Assembly (NCBI GenBank): GCA_903839725.1
Contig: CAIMDG010000001.1
Location: 301,315-358,670, forward strand
Direction of reading: 5' to 3'
Length of the DNA stretch: 57,356 nucleotides
DNA from: an uncultured bacterium
GTDB lineage: Bacteria > Patescibacteriota > Minisyncoccia > Phycocordibacterales > PALSA-1337
How positions within the stretch are numbered: position 1 is the stretch's first letter; each line of letters begins with the position of its first letter. Of this stretch, positions 27,932 through 38,187 are shown one piece after another. The translations under genes and the position numbers were made by a program. The notes under the pieces were generated by a model. That model had not been told where the DNA came from and ran no database searches. It saw nothing but the letters and a program-made list of their open reading frames with translations.

Positions 27932-28963
27932 TTATTTCCCGGTAATTTTCTTTACCAATTTTCGAAGATTATACATATGATACCAAAATGGTTGAATAAC
28001 CACATCATAGAAATCCGCATGCTTCACTTCATAGCCACCAAACTTTTGCTTGAATATAGTCAGACCCTCCCAACCTTTGTACATATTTCCGACTGGCGCA
28101 ACACCACCAAAATTGTATGAAACACAACCAATACTTTTTGCCTGAACGATGGCTTTCCATTGTGCGGCATATGTTGGCATACGGTTGCGTTCTTCGGTAC
28201 TCGAACCTCCAAAGACATAGTTTGCGATACCACCAGAAATGATCACGAGATCAATCGCTAATATTTTGCCTTCAAATGAGGCTACTGACAGATATGAACC
28301 TGTGAGCTTGGGGAGGTCTGCAAAAATAAGTTGATAATATGCTTTGTCATGCAAATGGAAACCATTACGCTGTGCTGTTTCCGCCATCAATGTGTAAAAA
28401 GGCTCGAAGTATGTTTCAAAATTGTTTGTAATAATTTCAGAAATAATACCCTTACGATCTGCGAGACGTACTGAATAACGCGTTTTCTCGTGCATCGCTT
28501 TCATGATGTCATCTTCTGTTTGTTTCAAATCAAGAAACCATTCGAAGCGAGGTTGGAAATATGCTGAGTGATAGGTATACAATGGAGCTGATCTGAAATA
28601 CGGTTGTAATGCATCTGCCGAAACAGCAGGAGTAATATCCAAACGTGCAAATACTGCATTATGTTCTTGGGCAATACGTTCTATCTCGACCTTGAATCGA
28701 GTGAGAAATTCGGCGGATGTATCAGTACACACCGGACCATATGGAATATACAGATAGTTTTTACCATGAATGAGTGAGTACACTATTACCTGAAAATATG
28801 CGACGACAGTATCATTGTATTCAGCAACATATCTTTCGACACTACGACCAAGTTGCTTTTGCCAGTTTCCATAAAATGCTTGCTGGGTAAAAGGTATACC
28901 TGCATGAAGGATATTTGGGTCAAAAGCTTCACTTTCACCAAGTTTTCTGAAGAGATATGACAT
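27932..28963 (-). CDS. FemABX-family peptidoglycan bridge aminoacyltransferase
   Basis: FTQ..YGNWQ, YIPYGPV, KTRYSVRLA, YVFGGS, YNFGGV, FKQKFGG. Confidence 0.9.
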   Translation of the reverse strand: MSYLFRKLGESEAFDPNILHAGIPFTQQAFYGNWQKQLGRSVERYVAEYNDTVVAYFQVIVYSLIHGKNYLYIPYGPVCTDTSAEFLTRFKVEIERIAQEHNAVFARLDITPAVSADALQPYFRSAPLYTYHSAYFQPRFEWFLDLKQTEDDIMKAMHEKTRYSVRLADRKGIISEIITNNFETYFEPFYTLMAETAQRNGFHLHDKAYYQLIFADLPKLTGSYLSVASFEGKILAIDLVIISGGIANYVFGGSSTEERNRMPTYAAQWKAIVQAKSIGCVSYNFGGVAPVGNMYKGWEGLTIFKQKFGGYEVKHADFYDVVIQPFWYHMYNLRKLVKKITGK

Positions 28964-29007
28964 GGATGTATCGTAGCATTTTATTGGAGTACGGACAAAA
29001 ATATATA

Positions 29008-29179
29008 GAAGGATTTGCCCTCGTCCTCACTCGCTACCCGCTCATTCGTCCTGGGCACCGGCTCACGGTTCCTCGTTGCTACTCGGAACATCGTTCGCCG
29101 TTCAAATCCTTCACGCGAGGCGAGCAGTCGCCTCGCTCCCGTGCACCAATAAAAAATCCGCATCATGCGGATTTTTTAT
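29008..29179 (-). repeat. tRNA-linked structured element (after tRNA-Tyr)
   Basis: Minus strand tggtgcacggg + hairpin + gaaggatttgaac is antisense to the tRNA 3' end; core is homologous to 39923-40039. Confidence 0.8.
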
Positions 29180-29266
29180 TGGTGCACGGGGAAGGATTTG
29201 AACCTTCGTAGACCATAGGTCGATGGATTTACAGTCCATTGCAATTGACCGCTCTGCCACCCGTGC
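29180..29266 (-). tRNA. tRNA-Tyr(GTA)
   Basis: gcacggg/cccgtgc acceptor, atgga ctGTAaa tccat, long variable arm, encoded CCA. Confidence 0.95.
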
Positions 29267-29490
29267 TTGAGGATGGATTCTGGAATTATGATTTCGCCAA
29301 CCTCTCACGATGTTCTCGCGAACGCCTTTGTGAGCCAAATCCCAGAATCCGGGGTGGTCCCCTATCCCACAAAAATGTGAGGTGTTATGAGAATATCACG
29401 GCTAGAGAGATAATTCAAACAACCTCATACCCTTACATAGATAATTGACTTTAGACATTCCAGGTGTAGGATATTCTTAGAGGAGGCCAT

Positions 29491-29937
29491 ATGTCTAAAT
29501 ATTGGAACATAGCGGTGTTAAACGCATTGCAGAATGCCAGAAGAAGAAAAAATTGGAGAAAATTACGTCGGTTTAAAAACCTCATTGGTGCAACCATTGA
29601 GCTTCAAATCTACAATTCCGAGGATAAAAGCAACTATATCCGCGGAATTATCAAAAGCGTCTCTTGGCGCGCGGGTAAGCCAGAAAGTTTTCAACTTCGT
29701 CAACAAAAGCTATTCCACGGCGGGCGCAGAGGTCCTTTCAAATGGACCAAAACAAATCTCGTGCCATTCAAGCTACTATTTGATCCCAAGCAAATTGGAA
29801 TTCCGTGGATCAGTTTCGAAGATTCACATTTTGTTTTCTCCACTCGCATCGTAACCGAATATGGAAGATGCGGCATGCGTGTTTACATCTATCCTTCAAC
29901 GAAGAAGAACAAAGTGCCCAAACGCCCAAATTTTTGA
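29491..29937 (+). CDS. Hypothetical basic protein
   Basis: GAGGAGG SD upstream; terminator hairpin 29960-29980. Confidence 0.6.
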   Translation: MSKYWNIAVLNALQNARRRKNWRKLRRFKNLIGATIELQIYNSEDKSNYIRGIIKSVSWRAGKPESFQLRQQKLFHGGRRGPFKWTKTNLVPFKLLFDPKQIGIPWISFEDSHFVFSTRIVTEYGRCGMRVYIYPSTKKNKVPKRPNF

Positions 29938-30005
29938 AAGTATTAGCCGCAACATAACGCCCGCAGACGCAGTCTGCGGGTATTTTCTTTGAACGAGGAG
30001 AAATA

Positions 30006-32699
30006 TTATTTCTGCCCCACCATATCTGGAATCACTACAGGACTTTGGCCTTTTCTTTTCTTTTTACCTTCAGTTTTTTTGACGTCGAATGAAAACTTCT
30101 CATTCTTGTAATCTACAGATATACCACCACCTTTAATAACTTCTTGAGAAATAAGAAGGTTGGCAACTGGTGTAAGGATTTTATTCTGGATCAAACGCTT
30201 GAGTGGACGTGCACCGTACTGAGGATTGTACCCTTCTTTTGAAAGGTATTCATAAACTGCAGACGTAACTGAAAGTTCAATGCCCTTGTCTGCAAGACGC
30301 TTCACAACCTGTTCAACTTGAATCTTCACAATATCCGCAATTGCTTCAGGTGTGAGAATATCAAAGATGATGATATCATCGATGCGATTCAAGAATTCTG
30401 GACGGAAATATTCCTTGAGAGATGAATTGATCTTATTCTTAGCCTCCTCATAGTTTGCCTTATCATTATTTTCAGCAGCTTTAGCGAAACCAAGTTTCTC
30501 CATACGCTCAATGTGTTGAGCACCAATATTCGAAGTCATAATAATGACTGAGTTTCGGAAATTCACGGTACGTCCTTTCGAATCCGTGAGACGGCCATTG
30601 TCGAGCACTTGAAGGAGTATGTTAAATACCTCTGGATGAGCTTTTTCGATCTCATCAAGCAAAATAACAGAATATGGACGATGACGAACGATCTCGGTAA
30701 GTCCTCCACTTTCATCATGACCAACATATCCCGGAGGAGCACCGATCAACTTGGAAACTGAATGCTTCTCCATGAATTCAGACATGTCGATACGTACCAA
30801 TGCTTTTTCATCATTGAATAAGAATTCAGCAAGACCCTTGGTGAGTTCTGTTTTACCAACACCAGTAGGTCCCAAGAATATGAACGAACCAATAGGACGA
30901 TTTGGATCGGCAATACCAGCACGTGAACGACGTATCGTATCTGCAATCTTGGTTACTGCTTGATCCTGACCAACGATACGCTTCTTGAGCTCTTCTTCCA
31001 TACGAGTGAGCTTGATTGCTTCTGATTCGAGCATGCGTGAGACAGGTATACCAGTCCAACGTCCGACAACTGCTGCAATATCTTCAGCATTGATCTCTTC
31101 CTTCAAGATACGACGTGATGACTGAAGTTTCTTCAAGCGCTTACTCTTTTGTTCCAATTCTTTTTGAAGTTCAGGAATCTTGCCATAACGTATTTCCGCT
31201 GCCTTGGTGAGATCGGCGCGAGATTCTGCGGCTTCAGCTTCGATGCGTAGTGACTCGAGCTCTTTCTTGATAGATTTGATACTCGTAATAGTCTCTTTCT
31301 CATTTTTCCACTTGAGTTCGAGTTCTGATGTTCCCTCTTTCAAATCGGCAATTTCACTTTCTATTTTTGCCATGCGAGCTTTTGATTCTTTGCTTGTTTC
31401 TTTTTTCAACGCTTCACGCTCTATTTCGAGACGCATAATTTTGCGTCGTGTTTCCTCGAGCTCTGGAGGCATATTTTCGAGAGACAAACGGAGTGATGAG
31501 GCTGCTTCATCAATAAGATCAACCACTTTATCAGGCAAGAATCGATCGGTGATATAACGACTTGAAAGACTCACTGCTGCAACGATAGCATCATCAGTGA
31601 TGTGAACACCGTGGAATAATTCGTATTTTTCTTTGAGGCCACGGAGAATAGCAACTGCATCTTCTTGTGATGGTTCATTCACGAAAATAGGCTGGAAGCG
31701 ACGTGTGAGAGCGGCATCCTTCTCAATATGCTTTTGATATTCCTTGAGCGTTGTAGCACCGATAGCACGAAGCTCACCGCGTGCTAGAGCCGGTTTCAAC
31801 ATATTTGAGGCGTCCATAGAACCTTCAGAAGCACCAGCACCAACGATAGTGTGCATTTCATCAATAAACAAAATAATCTTGCCATCTGACTTCTCGACTT
31901 CTTTCAAAATATTTTTGAGGCGCTCTTCGAATTCACCGCGATACTTTGTACCAGCAATAAGTGAACCAAGGTCGAGTGACACAAGTTCCTTATCTTTCAA
32001 TGATTCAGGCACATCACCTTGCGACATGCGCAATGCCAATCCTTCAACGATAGCGGTCTTACCAACACCAGACTCACCTATCAATATAGGGTTATTCTTG
32101 GTGCGACGTGACAAGATCTGAATGATACGCATGATTTCTGCGTCACGACCAATCACTGGATCAAGTTTGTTTTCCTTTGCAAGTTTGGTGAGTGAACGAG
32201 CATATTTGAAAAGTGTACGAAGCTTTTTTGGTTCACCATCTTTCAAATGAGGATTTACTTTGATTTCCTCTACGATCTTGATAACTGAATCACGATCTAT
32301 TTTGAAACGTCCGAGAATGTCGCGAGCGAGTGATGGTACATCAAAAATAGACAAGAAAAGATGTTCTGTTGAAATAAATTCATCTTTCATTTTTGTTGCA
32401 ACATGTAATGAATTGTCGAGTGTCTGTGCCAAATCTGGAGTGAGATATATCTGATATGAAGGTGAAAGTACATTTGAACCTTCAGGTGCTTCGATACTTT
32501 CGAGCACTACGTCGGTAAGCATCGGTGTATCGATCTCCATACGATCGAGAATAGAAGTAACCATACTCTCTTCTTGTAAAATAAGAGCGCATAAGAGGTG
32601 AACTGGATTGACGTGATTTTGACCACGCTCAATAGCGAGTTCATGGGCTCTTTTCAAGGCTTCTCGGGATTTTGTGGTTAGTTTGCTGAGTGGAGGCAT
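30006..32699 (-). CDS. clpB: ATP-dependent chaperone ClpB
   Basis: Clp N-domain, two AAA+ modules ([16 protein letters not shown]), long coiled-coil M domain, GARPL. Confidence 0.92.
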   Translation of the reverse strand: MPPLSKLTTKSREALKRAHELAIERGQNHVNPVHLLCALILQEESMVTSILDRMEIDTPMLTDVVLESIEAPEGSNVLSPSYQIYLTPDLAQTLDNSLHVATKMKDEFISTEHLFLSIFDVPSLARDILGRFKIDRDSVIKIVEEIKVNPHLKDGEPKKLRTLFKYARSLTKLAKENKLDPVIGRDAEIMRIIQILSRRTKNNPILIGESGVGKTAIVEGLALRMSQGDVPESLKDKELVSLDLGSLIAGTKYRGEFEERLKNILKEVEKSDGKIILFIDEMHTIVGAGASEGSMDASNMLKPALARGELRAIGATTLKEYQKHIEKDAALTRRFQPIFVNEPSQEDAVAILRGLKEKYELFHGVHITDDAIVAAVSLSSRYITDRFLPDKVVDLIDEAASSLRLSLENMPPELEETRRKIMRLEIEREALKKETSKESKARMAKIESEIADLKEGTSELELKWKNEKETITSIKSIKKELESLRIEAEAAESRADLTKAAEIRYGKIPELQKELEQKSKRLKKLQSSRRILKEEINAEDIAAVVGRWTGIPVSRMLESEAIKLTRMEEELKKRIVGQDQAVTKIADTIRRSRAGIADPNRPIGSFIFLGPTGVGKTELTKGLAEFLFNDEKALVRIDMSEFMEKHSVSKLIGAPPGYVGHDESGGLTEIVRHRPYSVILLDEIEKAHPEVFNILLQVLDNGRLTDSKGRTVNFRNSVIIMTSNIGAQHIERMEKLGFAKAAENNDKANYEEAKNKINSSLKEYFRPEFLNRIDDIIIFDILTPEAIADIVKIQVEQVVKRLADKGIELSVTSAVYEYLSKEGYNPQYGARPLKRLIQNKILTPVANLLISQEVIKGGGISVDYKNEKFSFDVKKTEGKKKRKGQSPVVIPDMVGQK

Positions 32700-32741
32700 A
32701 AAAATATCATAATACTAAATATACATATAGTCAATTCACAG

Positions 32742-32868
32742 AAGTAGACCCTACAACATTGCCCGACGAAACATCGGTGACGAACGTATATAAGTGCCTG
32801 AAGCATAGTATTAAAAGACGAAATCCCGCTGGGAATTGTTTCGTCGGGCAATGTTGTAGGGACTACTT
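32742..32868. repeat. Long inverted repeat (about 32-bp arms)
   Basis: aagtagaccctacaacattgcccgacgaaaca ... tgtttcgtcgggcaatgttgtagggactactt. Confidence 0.85.
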
Positions 32869-32908
32869 TTACTGTTTGTAATTACTAGCAAATGACATAC
32901 TCTCTCAA

Positions 32909-33697
32909 TTAAATATCTGCTGGTACAGCAGCCTTCAGTATAGTTACTGGATAGAATTGAGCATCACCTGTTGATGATCCGAGCGAAAGATACATACCGA
33001 CAACTTCCCCACTTGGATCAAATAGTGGGCTACCAGGAATAACCTTGTTCTTTTCTATGTTTGTTCCGATAGTAGCAGAGAGTGCGCTTACTGGAGTTGA
33101 AGTTGCAGGAATTATAGACAGAGTAACAATACCTTGTGACACTGTTTGAACAGGATTCATCGAAAGTGACAAAATTGTTTGCCCAAGCTTCACGTCCGAA
33201 CTAAATGTGATTGGAAGAAATGAAAATAGCGCAGGATTTGAAGTTTCAGGTCTCAAGAAAATAACACCATTTTGCGGTTGTCTTGAGATGACAGCGAACA
33301 TAATTTGGGTTCCATCAGGCATAGTTCCGAGTACTTCATCTCCAATCTTCAATAGTAATGAGGCATCAGTCATAAGTGTTCCATTTTTTGTAACAGTGAG
33401 GCCTAGACCAATGGTTGTATTAGGACTAAATTTTTGAGCCAATGGAATAACACTTGAAGAAACAGAACCAACAGCATTCGCAATCTGATCCTCAAATTTG
33501 ATGGCAACTGTACCAAAATTTGCTGATGGTGAACCGGCAACTTGAATAGTTTTTTCAATAACTTGATTGATCGTTTGTACGACCCCCTGCGGAGCCTGAC
33601 TCATGAGAGAGACAGTAAAAATACCTGTTGCAAGTGATGTGACAAAAGAAACAAGGAGTGCAAGAAGGATAAGTTGTTGTTTTGAAAGATGATCCAT
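32909..33697 (-). CDS. Membrane-anchored trypsin/HtrA-like protein with degenerate active site
   Basis: N-terminal TM, GLGLTVTKNGTLMTD, LGQTI, PGSPLFDPSGEVVGM. Confidence 0.65.
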   Translation of the reverse strand: MDHLSKQQLILLALLVSFVTSLATGIFTVSLMSQAPQGVVQTINQVIEKTIQVAGSPSANFGTVAIKFEDQIANAVGSVSSSVIPLAQKFSPNTTIGLGLTVTKNGTLMTDASLLLKIGDEVLGTMPDGTQIMFAVISRQPQNGVIFLRPETSNPALFSFLPITFSSDVKLGQTILSLSMNPVQTVSQGIVTLSIIPATSTPVSALSATIGTNIEKNKVIPGSPLFDPSGEVVGMYLSLGSSTGDAQFYPVTILKAAVPADI

Positions 33698-33767
33698 GGA
33701 ATAAGTTTACAGTTAAATGTTAGAAATGAAAAGGATAATGTGATATCGTATTACAAGACAACATCAT

Positions 33768-33935
33768 ATGAAAACACCATTAGTAAAAATATTCTGGGCT
33801 GCTGGTAAATTAAACCCACAAAGAATCGCAGTGAGAAAAAGAATACTCAAAGCACTTCGTGCTGAACAACGAGCGATACGATCGACCTCACACTCAATTT
33901 TCAACTTACCAATCAAACATGTTTTGGCTACGTGA
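33768..33935 (+). CDS. Small basic hypothetical protein (55 aa)
   Basis: ORF MKTPLVKIFWAAG...HVLAT followed by terminator aacggatga-tatt-tcatccgttttt. Confidence 0.45.
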   Translation: MKTPLVKIFWAAGKLNPQRIAVRKRILKALRAEQRAIRSTSHSIFNLPIKHVLAT

Positions 33936-34011
33936 TACCAATCACACTATTGAACGGATGATATTTCATCCGTTTTTCATTTATAACTGCGACTGTCAAA
34001 TCTATACAAGA

Positions 34012-34971
34012 CTAAAACTCTGACAATCTCGATTGGGTCCCCTGTAAAATTGATAGAAATTTCTGTTTGTTATTATTTGTATCAGGCAACGCTGAAACTT
34101 CTTGAATAGCTGATTCGAGAGCTTGTAAAGCATTATTTCTGGCAATGTCATATAACTCACGAGCTTTTGGATTGTCAAAAACAGTCTTCAATGTATCAAT
34201 GACCAAATCCCACTTTTCTCTCAGATATCCAGGGGTTGCATCGGTGTGCCATCGTAAGATAAAGCCTTTCCCAGTAAAAGGTCTATGTAATTGAAGTGCT
34301 TCAACTTTACGATATTCACGTAAATACCCTTTTCTCGCATACGAAAGATATGTCTCGAGTATCGTAACAGCTTCTGGCAATACCTCTGTACCTTCATTAA
34401 AGTGAAATAGTCTCTTATATTCATCAATTATCGTAGAAACACTACCCATAAATTCTAATAAACGATCATCATTAGAATCATCCAAATCATAACTATTAAA
34501 TTGGTTGGTAAGCACTACTATAATTTCCCTTAATCCTTCCTTCTGACTTTCCGTAATTGTCTCAGGGTCAAGTGCTTTCAAGTACGCAACAAATCGTGGA
34601 CCATCTTTGAGATTTAATCTCATTTCTGAACCTGTGTGATCTTCCCCACTTCCTACGAGCACCCAATTTGCATCTATTGGTTGAAATTCTAAACCAATAG
34701 TATCGAGTAATGCGCTCGATTGTGTTTTCATATCACTAAACGTCAGCAACTGCTCAGCCGCTTGATCATTCGTAGCACTTGTTTCTGTATCTGAATTAGA
34801 TGTATGAGATTCTTCATTTTGCTGAGATTTCAATGAAGATAGAATTATACGTGCCAATGTTTTACCCATGCCAAATTGTTCATTATAATTTTTCAAAAGT
34901 GATACAACTTCAGAAGTATCAATCCCCGTTAAGTTTATCAGCTCTTGTTTATATATTTTTTCTGAATCCAT
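34012..34971 (-). CDS. Hypothetical acidic protein
   Basis: 319 aa ORF directly downstream of smc. Confidence 0.65.
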   Translation of the reverse strand: MDSEKIYKQELINLTGIDTSEVVSLLKNYNEQFGMGKTLARIILSSLKSQQNEESHTSNSDTETSATNDQAAEQLLTFSDMKTQSSALLDTIGLEFQPIDANWVLVGSGEDHTGSEMRLNLKDGPRFVAYLKALDPETITESQKEGLREIIVVLTNQFNSYDLDDSNDDRLLEFMGSVSTIIDEYKRLFHFNEGTEVLPEAVTILETYLSYARKGYLREYRKVEALQLHRPFTGKGFILRWHTDATPGYLREKWDLVIDTLKTVFDNPKARELYDIARNNALQALESAIQEVSALPDTNNNKQKFLSILQGTQSRLSEF

Positions 34972-34975
34972 AGTA

Positions 34976-37258
34976 TTATTTCGCTACTCTTACCGCTTCA
35001 TCAAATTGAATAGAAAGTAGCTTTGACGCACCATCAGATCCCATTGTCACACCATAGAGGACTCCGGCACGTGACATCGTTTCGCGATTGTGAGTAATGA
35101 GGATGAGCTGAGAATGAGCAGCCAAACTTTCGATCATGTCACCATACTTCTTTGAGTTTGCTTCATCGAGTGCCGCATCAGTTTCATCGAGAATAATAAA
35201 TGGTGGTGGATTGACTTGAGAAATTGCAAAAAGAAGTGCGATAGAGGTAAGTGCACGTTCGCCACCAGATAGCATCATCAATCCTTTTACTTTTTTACGA
35301 GGAAGACTTACATTCACGTCGAGCCCTTCAGGGGTTTGTTCTTGTGATTCATTTGCGTCATTCGCGCCCATTCGCGTATTGGCATCGAATTCTCCTGACA
35401 ATGCATCACCAAGATCCTCGAGATCAGACTTCTTTTTACGCTTTACCTCTCTAACTACAGTAAGTTCGGCAGTTCCTCCACCAAACATAAGTGCAAAGAA
35501 TTTTTTGAATTCCGTATTAATCTTCAAAATACCAGTCTTGAATTCAACATCAATACGAACATCAAGATCAGCGATAAGTTGCTTGAGCTCGGTTTTTGCT
35601 TTTTCCAAATCTTCAAGTTCACGTGCCAAGAATGTGTCACGTTCTTCTGTCTCTCTAAATTCTTTCATAACTTCAGACCCACCCAAACCTCCAGAATCTT
35701 CAAGGCGAATCTTTATCTTTTCAATCTGATGACGACGATCTTCTTGAGCTGCTCGAGGCTCAGTCTCGACATGCCCACTCATCTTTTCATACGTTACTGC
35801 ATCACGACCGAGGGTAATTCCTGCTTCACCCAATTCCCTCTTAAGCAATTCTTCATCACGAATAACAATATCTAGTTTTGCACTGAGGTCAGAGATGACG
35901 TGACGCACTTCATTTTGTCGTGCAATAACACGAAATACTTCTTTTTCTGCATCACGATTTGTATCTTTTTCTTTTTCAATAGCTTGCTTGAGTTCATTGT
36001 ACTCACGAGATATATGAGATTCTGTTTCAGATATCTGTTTGAGTTTTGATTCAAGACCATGACGTTGACTCTCAAGAGCATGAATTTCATGTTCAGACTC
36101 AGCGATCAGGGCGGAGTCAGTGATAGAGCGATGTCGTGTCACAAAACTCTTTAGAGTAGCCACAACTTCACTGAACAATTTCTTGGCATCCTCAATAGAC
36201 TTGAATGATTCAATACTACTGATAACTTCCTCAACATCTTTCAAATAGACTGTTTTAAATTCATCCTTCTTTTGTTTCTCTTTTTCTTTTTCGATAGTAC
36301 GCTTGTTTGCAGAAATCTCACCTTCGAGACGACCGAGTTCGCGCATGATGGTATCTTTTTCTGAACGTGCTGTTGCCAACTTGTGTTCAAGCGCAATAAC
36401 TTCATCACTCTTCTTATCTTTATTCTTTGACGCAGTCAGTATTTCTTTTGCTTGAATGAGGAGATGATCCAGTTCAGCCAATTCTTTTTTGGGTCCCGTT
36501 AATTCATGGCTATATGTTTCTTTATTGGTCTGCACATACCATTCTTCACGAGCAAAATACTGCTTGTACAGTGTAGTAAGTTCACGACGTAGTTCTTCAG
36601 CCTTTTCGATCTTCTCAACTTGTTTCTTCAAGAAACGAATATGCGGAGCGATCTCACGTCGAAGTGATGCGACGCGTTCCATGTTTTCTTCAGTCTTCTC
36701 GAGCTTACGAATACTCTCCAGCTTTTTCCATTGATATATTTTGAGACCGAGTGCATCTTCGATCATTTCGCGACGCTCACGAATAGATGCTGACAAAATA
36801 CGATCTGCTTCACCTTGGGAAATGATGTGATGACCAGTTGCGCCAATATGAGCTGTTGCGAGAAGTTCAGTAATGTCTTTCAAGCGCACGGCAGTTCCAT
36901 TCAAGAGATATTCATTTGTATTGTCGCGATGCACGACACGCTCGAGTGTCACTTCATCAAAATCAATTCCTGCAAAAATACGACGAGTATTGTCGAATAC
37001 CAGTTTTGCTGATGCACGGTTTGCTCGACTGCTACCAGTCGATGCGTCACCGCCACCATTCCAGATCATATCTTCACCACGCTTTCCACGAAGTGACTTG
37101 ATGGATTGTTCTCCGAGCACAAAACGAAATGCTTCTGCGGTGTTGGACTTTCCAGAACCATTCGGACCAACGATGCCCGTAATCGGTGAATTAAAATGAA
37201 GCGTCGCTTTCTTGGCGAACGATTTGAAACCGGTAAGCTCGAGGCTCTTCAAATACAT
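34976..37258 (-). CDS. smc: SMC-family chromosome segregation ATPase (short, 760 aa)
   Basis: GFKSFA, GPNGSGKSN, ISQG Q-loop, LSGGER, ILDETDAALD, ITHN. Confidence 0.92.
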   Translation of the reverse strand: MYLKSLELTGFKSFAKKATLHFNSPITGIVGPNGSGKSNTAEAFRFVLGEQSIKSLRGKRGEDMIWNGGGDASTGSSRANRASAKLVFDNTRRIFAGIDFDEVTLERVVHRDNTNEYLLNGTAVRLKDITELLATAHIGATGHHIISQGEADRILSASIRERREMIEDALGLKIYQWKKLESIRKLEKTEENMERVASLRREIAPHIRFLKKQVEKIEKAEELRRELTTLYKQYFAREEWYVQTNKETYSHELTGPKKELAELDHLLIQAKEILTASKNKDKKSDEVIALEHKLATARSEKDTIMRELGRLEGEISANKRTIEKEKEKQKKDEFKTVYLKDVEEVISSIESFKSIEDAKKLFSEVVATLKSFVTRHRSITDSALIAESEHEIHALESQRHGLESKLKQISETESHISREYNELKQAIEKEKDTNRDAEKEVFRVIARQNEVRHVISDLSAKLDIVIRDEELLKRELGEAGITLGRDAVTYEKMSGHVETEPRAAQEDRRHQIEKIKIRLEDSGGLGGSEVMKEFRETEERDTFLARELEDLEKAKTELKQLIADLDVRIDVEFKTGILKINTEFKKFFALMFGGGTAELTVVREVKRKKKSDLEDLGDALSGEFDANTRMGANDANESQEQTPEGLDVNVSLPRKKVKGLMMLSGGERALTSIALLFAISQVNPPPFIILDETDAALDEANSKKYGDMIESLAAHSQLILITHNRETMSRAGVLYGVTMGSDGASKLLSIQFDEAVRVAK
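35351..35387 (-). repeat. Half-copy of palindromic family B inside smc (encodes DANTRMGANDAN)
   Basis: Reverse complement cgatgccaatacgcgaatgggcgcgaatgacgcaaat matches the topA copy and the 39454 IR arm. Confidence 0.75.
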
Positions 37259-37276
37259 GGGGATATTATAGCAATA

Positions 37277-37333
37277 AAACCCGAAATCCTGAATCCTCAT
37301 TTCAGCAGAAAGAGAATTCAGGATTTCGGGTTT
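37277..37333. repeat. Inverted repeat between rnc and smc
   Basis: aaacccgaaatcctgaat ... attcaggatttcgggttt. Confidence 0.75.
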
Positions 37334-37365
37334 CAAACAACAAGGGTAGGCCTTGTCGTACTACC

Positions 37366-38064
37366 CTACCACTTTTTGACTTCAAGCGCCTTCTCAGCAG
37401 CTTTTTGCTCTGCTTCTTGCTTCGAAGGACCACTACCAGTTGCAACCTGTACATCACCCAGAAATACGCCGAGCGTGAACTGTTTGTCATGATCAGGGCC
37501 CACTTCCTTCAAGGTCTTATAACTTGGAGTCACACCAACCTTTTCCTGAGCCTTCTCTTGGAAACGACTCTTGGCATCCAACCATAGTTTCTTCTTAACG
37601 ATTTCTTCGATATCAATCACATTCAGTATGTGCTCTGAAATAAAATTCGCTGCAATACTATACCCTTGATCCATGTACACAGCACCGATGACCGCTTCGA
37701 CGGCATTGGCGAGAAGAACTGAACGTGCACGTCCAACGTCCTTTGCTTCACCTTTCGAAAAGAGCATGTACTCATTTAGATTCATGCGTTCTGCAACTCG
37801 TGCGAGACTCACCGCATTTACAATAGCTGAACGAAAGGCGGTAAGTTCACCTTCTGCTTTCTTGGGGTATTTGCGGAATAGAAAACTGGTAACTACCAAT
37901 TCGAGCACTGCATCTCCGAGGAATTCGAGACGTTCATTATGTTCCATTCCAGAACCACGATTCTCATTCAAATATGAACGATGTGTGCATGCCATACGCA
38001 AAAGTGAGATGTCATTGAAGCTGACACCGATATGTTCTGCCATTGATTCAAAATCTATTTTCAT
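37366..38064 (-). CDS. rnc: Ribonuclease III
   Basis: THRSY, NERLEFLGDAVL, EAVIGAVY, C-terminal dsRBD. Confidence 0.97.
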   Translation of the reverse strand: MKIDFESMAEHIGVSFNDISLLRMACTHRSYLNENRGSGMEHNERLEFLGDAVLELVVTSFLFRKYPKKAEGELTAFRSAIVNAVSLARVAERMNLNEYMLFSKGEAKDVGRARSVLLANAVEAVIGAVYMDQGYSIAANFISEHILNVIDIEEIVKKKLWLDAKSRFQEKAQEKVGVTPSYKTLKEVGPDHDKQFTLGVFLGDVQVATGSGPSKQEAEQKAAEKALEVKKW

Positions 38065-38098
38065 GATGGTTATTATTCTATCGTAAGTTTTCTTTGTT

Positions 38099-38185
38099 TG
38101 TCATACCGGCGAAGGCCGGTATCCAGAAGCACATATTTTAAATTACTTTAAGTGACTCTGGATGCCGTCCTTCGACGGCATGACA
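38099..38185. repeat. Palindromic element family C, intergenic copy
   Basis: tgtcataccggcgaaggccggtatccag...ctggatgccgtccttcgacggcatgaca. Confidence 0.88.
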
Positions 38186-38187
38186 CA

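Noticed and set aside
37259-37336. N-terminal extension of SMC in the ORF track
   Set aside because: Overlaps an inverted repeat and the -10 box; the canonical MYLKSLEL start is at 37258
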